DNA of 64,000 nt from the human T2T-CHM13v2.0 reference genome, Homo sapiens, in assembly GCF_009914755.1 (NCBI RefSeq), contig NC_060948.1; one strand, 5' to 3'. Every line of letters begins with the position of its first letter. Position 1 is the first letter of the stretch. The position numbers and the translations under genes were made by a program. The notes under the pieces are model-generated. The model had not been told where the DNA came from. It made no database searches and was given only the letters and a program-made list of their open reading frames with translations. Positions 57,946 to 64,000 of the stretch are shown here, one piece after another.

Positions 57946-60073
57946 AGATCCATATTTTCTAAATGAAAAAAAATTTCAAAGGTACTCTGCTTGGTACAAT
58001 AATCAAATGTATAAACTGAGGAATAAAACATAACCATGAAACCTACTTATAACTGCATATGGAAAATACAGAGGATAATTTTTTAAATAACATATTTTGA
58101 AAGCCTTAACTAGTAATTTGAAGAGTTGGCATTTGAAAGGCCAGTATGAATATACCTTCAAAGCAGCAACACAGGTTCCCCATGAGAAAAAGCAAACTCA
58201 GGGAAAATAAAACCACAAAGGTTCAATCTCTTCTGACCTTTGAAAGACACAGCACAGACAGTGGTCCTTAGGACGAAGAGCAGGAGACCCCTAATTCCGT
58301 CACCATGGCGATAAGGCATAAACACTGCTGGGTGAGGGCACAATCCACATTGTGAGGTCCAACTGCTGCCAGGAAGACAGGAGTGCTTTTACATAGACCG
58401 AAAGGTCATTGAAGGCTCAGAGTTTTGTTTCAAGAACTGAATCCCAAGCCCACACGTTATTAGGCTGCGCTTCTTAAAACAAGTTATGAGATGGGAAAAA
58501 GGGCACCCACAAACATACGTATACATTATGTATATAATCATATACAGTATCATATATATAATATATATAACCTATGTATAATATTGTTTTACATCCTGCA
58601 TCTTATATTATATATATTGTGTAAAATATAATAATTGATAATATATAAGTTTTATATTTATACAATATGACATATAGTATATATTATAATTTATGACATA
58701 TATAATATATGTTATATATCATATATAGAATATATTATACGGTTAATATACGTATTAAATATAAATTATACATTATATATATTATATATAATATATCTGC
58801 TATATATAATACCCATTATGCATAATATATATATTATGTCTATGTTATGTATAGTATAAAACAACATATAATAATATATAATTGTATATATAAAATGCGA
58901 CATATAATATATATTATATTTTATGACACCTGTAATATATATTATATATTATATATAATACGTTGTATGTATAATACCTATATTAAATATATATTATATG
59001 ACTATGTTATTAATTACATGTCACATATGTTATATATTATATATTTTACATAGAATATACCGGTTATATACAATATATACTATGTTACCTATAATGTATA
59101 ATTTATTACATGTAAAATAAAGAATGCAATATATTATGTGTAATTTATAATATACAATATGTGGAATGTGATATATATAACATATAATATATGATATATG
59201 ATATACAGTATATGATATATAACATACAATATATGATACCTAACATATATGGTATACAATATATATTTTATGATATGTATTCTCTATGTTTTATATTCTG
59301 TTATATATAACTATTTGAAATTATATATAACTGTGTAATATTTTATGTAAATATGTAATATAATATATATAACTATATAATATATTATATATAACTATAT
59401 ATTATGTTATATATACTTTTATAACATAATTTACATAAAATATCATAGTATAATATATATTTTATTATTTCATATTACATAATATATATTACATATCACC
59501 CAATATAAGTAACATACATAATATTATAATATAGATTATATTATGTTATATTAAATATCATATATATCATGTATCATATATTCTATAATATATATTATAT
59601 ATTATATAATATGTATGTTGTCTATTATGTGATATATATAACTATATATATAATTATATTATTATACATATAACTAGATAAACATGTAATTCTACATATT
59701 TTCATTTATACTATATAGAATTATATAATCATATATAATTATTTATATTCTATAAAAAATTATATCATTATATAAATTATAATATATAAAAATTATAATA
59801 TGTACTACAAATATATATATTATATATCATATATGATATAGTAACTTTGTTATATATCATAATACATATAAATGTGTATTATGTTATCTATAATTATATA
59901 ATTTCATGTATGAGATGTATAATATGTGTTATATATTATATATGTTATGTAATATATATAGTATATATAAGATGACACAGGATAAATATTATATACTATG
60001 ACATATAAAATATATGAGGTTATATGTTACATATAAGGCATAGCACATAACATGTAATATATATCATCTATAA

Positions 60074-60365
<292 letters not shown>

Positions 60366-62464
60366 AGATCCATATTTTTTAAATGAAAAAAAATTTCAAA
60401 GGTACTCTGCTTGGTACAATAATCAAATGTATAAACTGAGGAATAAAACATAACCATGAAACCTACTTATAACTGCATATGGAAAATACAGAGGATAATT
60501 TTTTAAATAACATATTTTGAAAGCCTTAACTAGTAATTTGAAGAGTTGGCATTTGAAAGGCCAGTATGAATATACCTTCAAAGCAGCAACACAGGTTCCC
60601 CATGAGAAAAAGCAAACTCAGGGAAAATAAAACCACAAAGGTTCAATCTCTTCTGACCTTTGAAAGACACAGCACAGACAGTGGTCCTTAGGACGAAGAG
60701 CAGGAGACCCCTAATTCCGTCACCATGGCGATAGGGCATAAACACTGCTGGGTGAGGGCACAATCCACATTGTGAGGTCCAACTGCTGCCAGGAAGACAG
60801 GAGTGCTTTTACATAGACCGAAAGGTCATTGAAGGCTCAGAGTTTTGTTTCAAGAACTGAATCCCAAGCCCACACGTTATTAGGCTGCGCTTCTTAAAAC
60901 AAGTTATGAGATGGGAAAAAGGGCACCCACAAACATACGTATAAATTATGTATATAATAATATACAGTATCATATATATAATATATATAACCTATGTATA
61001 ATATTGTTTTACATCCTGCATCTTATATTATATATATTGTATAAAATATAATTATTGATAATATATAAATTTTATATTTATACAATATGACATATAGTAT
61101 ATATTATAATTTATGACATATATAATATATGTTATATATCATATACAGAATATATTATACGGATAATATACGTATTAAATATAAATTATACATTATATAT
61201 ATTATATATAATATTTCTGTTATATATAATACCCATTATGCATAATATATATATTATGTGTATGTTATATATAGTATAAAACAACATATAATAATATATA
61301 ATTGTATATATAAAATGCGACATATAATATATATTATATTTTATGACATATGTTATAAATATTATATATTATATATAATACGTTGCATGTATAATACCTA
61401 TATTAAATATATATTATATGACTATGTTATTAATTACATGTCACATATGTTATATATTATATATTTTACATAGAATATACCGGTTACTTACAATATATAA
61501 TATGTTACCTATAATGTATAATATATTACATGTAAAATAAAGAATGCAATATATTATGTGTAATTTATAATATACAATATGTGGAATGTGATATATATAA
61601 CATATAATATATGATATATGATATACAGTATATGATATATAACATAGAATATATGATACATAATATATATGGTATAAAATATATATTTTATGATATGTAT
61701 TCTATATGTTTTATATTCTGTTATATATAAATATTTGAAATTATATATAACTGTATAATATTTTATGTAAATATGTAATATAATATATAACTATGTAATA
61801 TATTATATATAGCTATATATTATGTTATATATACTTTTATAACATAATTTTCATAAAATATCATAATATAATATATATTATATTATTTCATATTACATAA
61901 TATATATTACATATCACCCAATATAAGTAACATACATAATATCATAATATAGATTATATTATGTTATATTAAATATCATATATATCATGTATCATATATT
62001 CTATAATATATATTATACATTATATAATATGTATGTTGTCTATTATGTGATATATATAACTATATATATAATTATATTATTATACGTATATCTAGATAAA
62101 CATGTAATTCTACATATTTTCATTTATAATATATAGAATTACATAATCATATATAATTATATTCTATAAAAAATTATAACATTATATAAATTATAATATA
62201 TAAAAATTCTAATATGTACTACAAATATATATATTATATATCATATATGATATAGTACCTTTGTTATATATCATAATACATATAAATGTGTATTATGTTA
62301 TCTATAATTATATAATTTCATATATAAGATGTATAATATTTATTATATATTATAAATGTTATGTAATATATATAGTATATATAAGATGACACAGGATAAA
62401 TATTATATACTATGACATATAAAATATATGAGGTTATATGTTACATATAAGGCATAGCACATAA

Positions 62465-62779
<315 letters not shown>

Positions 62780-64000
62780 AGATCCATATTTTGTAAATGA
62801 AAAAAAATTTCAAAGGTACTCTGCTTGGTACAATAATCAAATGTATAAACTGAGGAATAAAACATAACCATGAAACCTACTTATAACTGCATATGGAAAA
62901 TACAGAGGATAATTTTTTAAATAACATATTTTGAAAGCCTTAACTAGTAATTTGAAGAGTTGGCATTTGAAAGGCCAGTATGAATATACCTTCAAAGCAG
63001 CAACACAGGTTCCCCATGAGAAAATGCAAACTCAGGGAAAATAAAACCACAAAGGTTCAATCTCTTCTGACCTTTGAAAGACACAGCACAGACAGTGGTC
63101 CTTAGGACGAAGAGCAGGAGACCCCTAATTCCGTCACCATGGCGATAGGGCATAAACACTGCTGGGTGAGGGCACAATCCACATTGTGAGGTCCAACTGC
63201 TGCCAGGAAGACAGGAGTGCTTTTACATAGACCGAAAGGTCATTGAAGGCTCAGAGTTTTGTTTCAAGAACTGAATCCCAAGCCCACACGTTATTAGGCT
63301 GCGCTTCTTAAAACAAGTTATGAGATGGGAAAAAGGGAACCCACAAACATACGTATACATTATGTATATAATCATATACAGTATCATATATATAATATAT
63401 ATAACCTATGTATAATATTGTTTTACATCCTGCATCTTATATTATATATATTGTGTAAAATATAATAATTGATAATATATAAGTTTTATATTTATACAAT
63501 ATGACATATAGTATATATTATAATTTATGACATATATAATATATGTTATATATCATATATAGAATATATTATACGGTTAATATACGTATTAAATATAAAT
63601 TATACATTATATATATTATATATAATATATCTGCTATATATAATACCCATTATGCATAATATATATATTATGTCTATGTTATGTATAGTATAAAACAACA
63701 TATAATAATATATAATTGTATATATAAAATGCGACATATAATATATATTTTATTTTATGACATCTGTAATATATATTATATATTATATATAATACGTTGT
63801 ATGTATAATACCTATATTAAATATATATTATATGACTATGTTATTAATTACATGTCACATATGTTATATATTATATATTTTACATAGAATATACCGGTTA
63901 CATACAATATATACTATGTTACCTATAATGTATAATTTATTACATGTAAAATAAAGAATGCAATATATTATGTGTAATTTATAATATACAATATGTGGAA

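Overview
This window is human (hominid) Y-chromosome Yq12-type heterochromatin, with no credible protein-coding genes. Bases 1-8528 are a (GGAAT)n-derived Satellite 3 array, DYZ1/HSat3. It has a 3544-bp higher-order unit with a HaeIII and an EcoRI site recurring at that period, and about 2.4 units are present. At 8528/8529 it joins abruptly to a DYZ2/HSat1B array that runs to the end of the window. That array has about 23 head-to-tail ~2.42-kb composite units, each made of an AT-rich segment (~1.56 kb), an antisense, slightly 5'-truncated AluY-like element (~292 bp) and an HSATI segment (~570 bp). All ORFs in the track are by-products of the repeats. I did not find a new gene system. The non-trivial signal is structural and evolutionary. 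The junction has a 3-bp microhomology and an adjacent 768-bp internal deletion, and the sequence on both sides of it is more divergent than the array interiors. DYZ2 shows a subfamily switch near 24.9 kb, two independent ~4.84-kb dimeric higher-order repeats, an out-of-register monomer duplication producing a chimeric unit, and long-range variant sharing. All variant comparisons were made by eye and need confirming by alignment. DYZ2 units are numbered U1-U23 by their Alu/HSATI segments.
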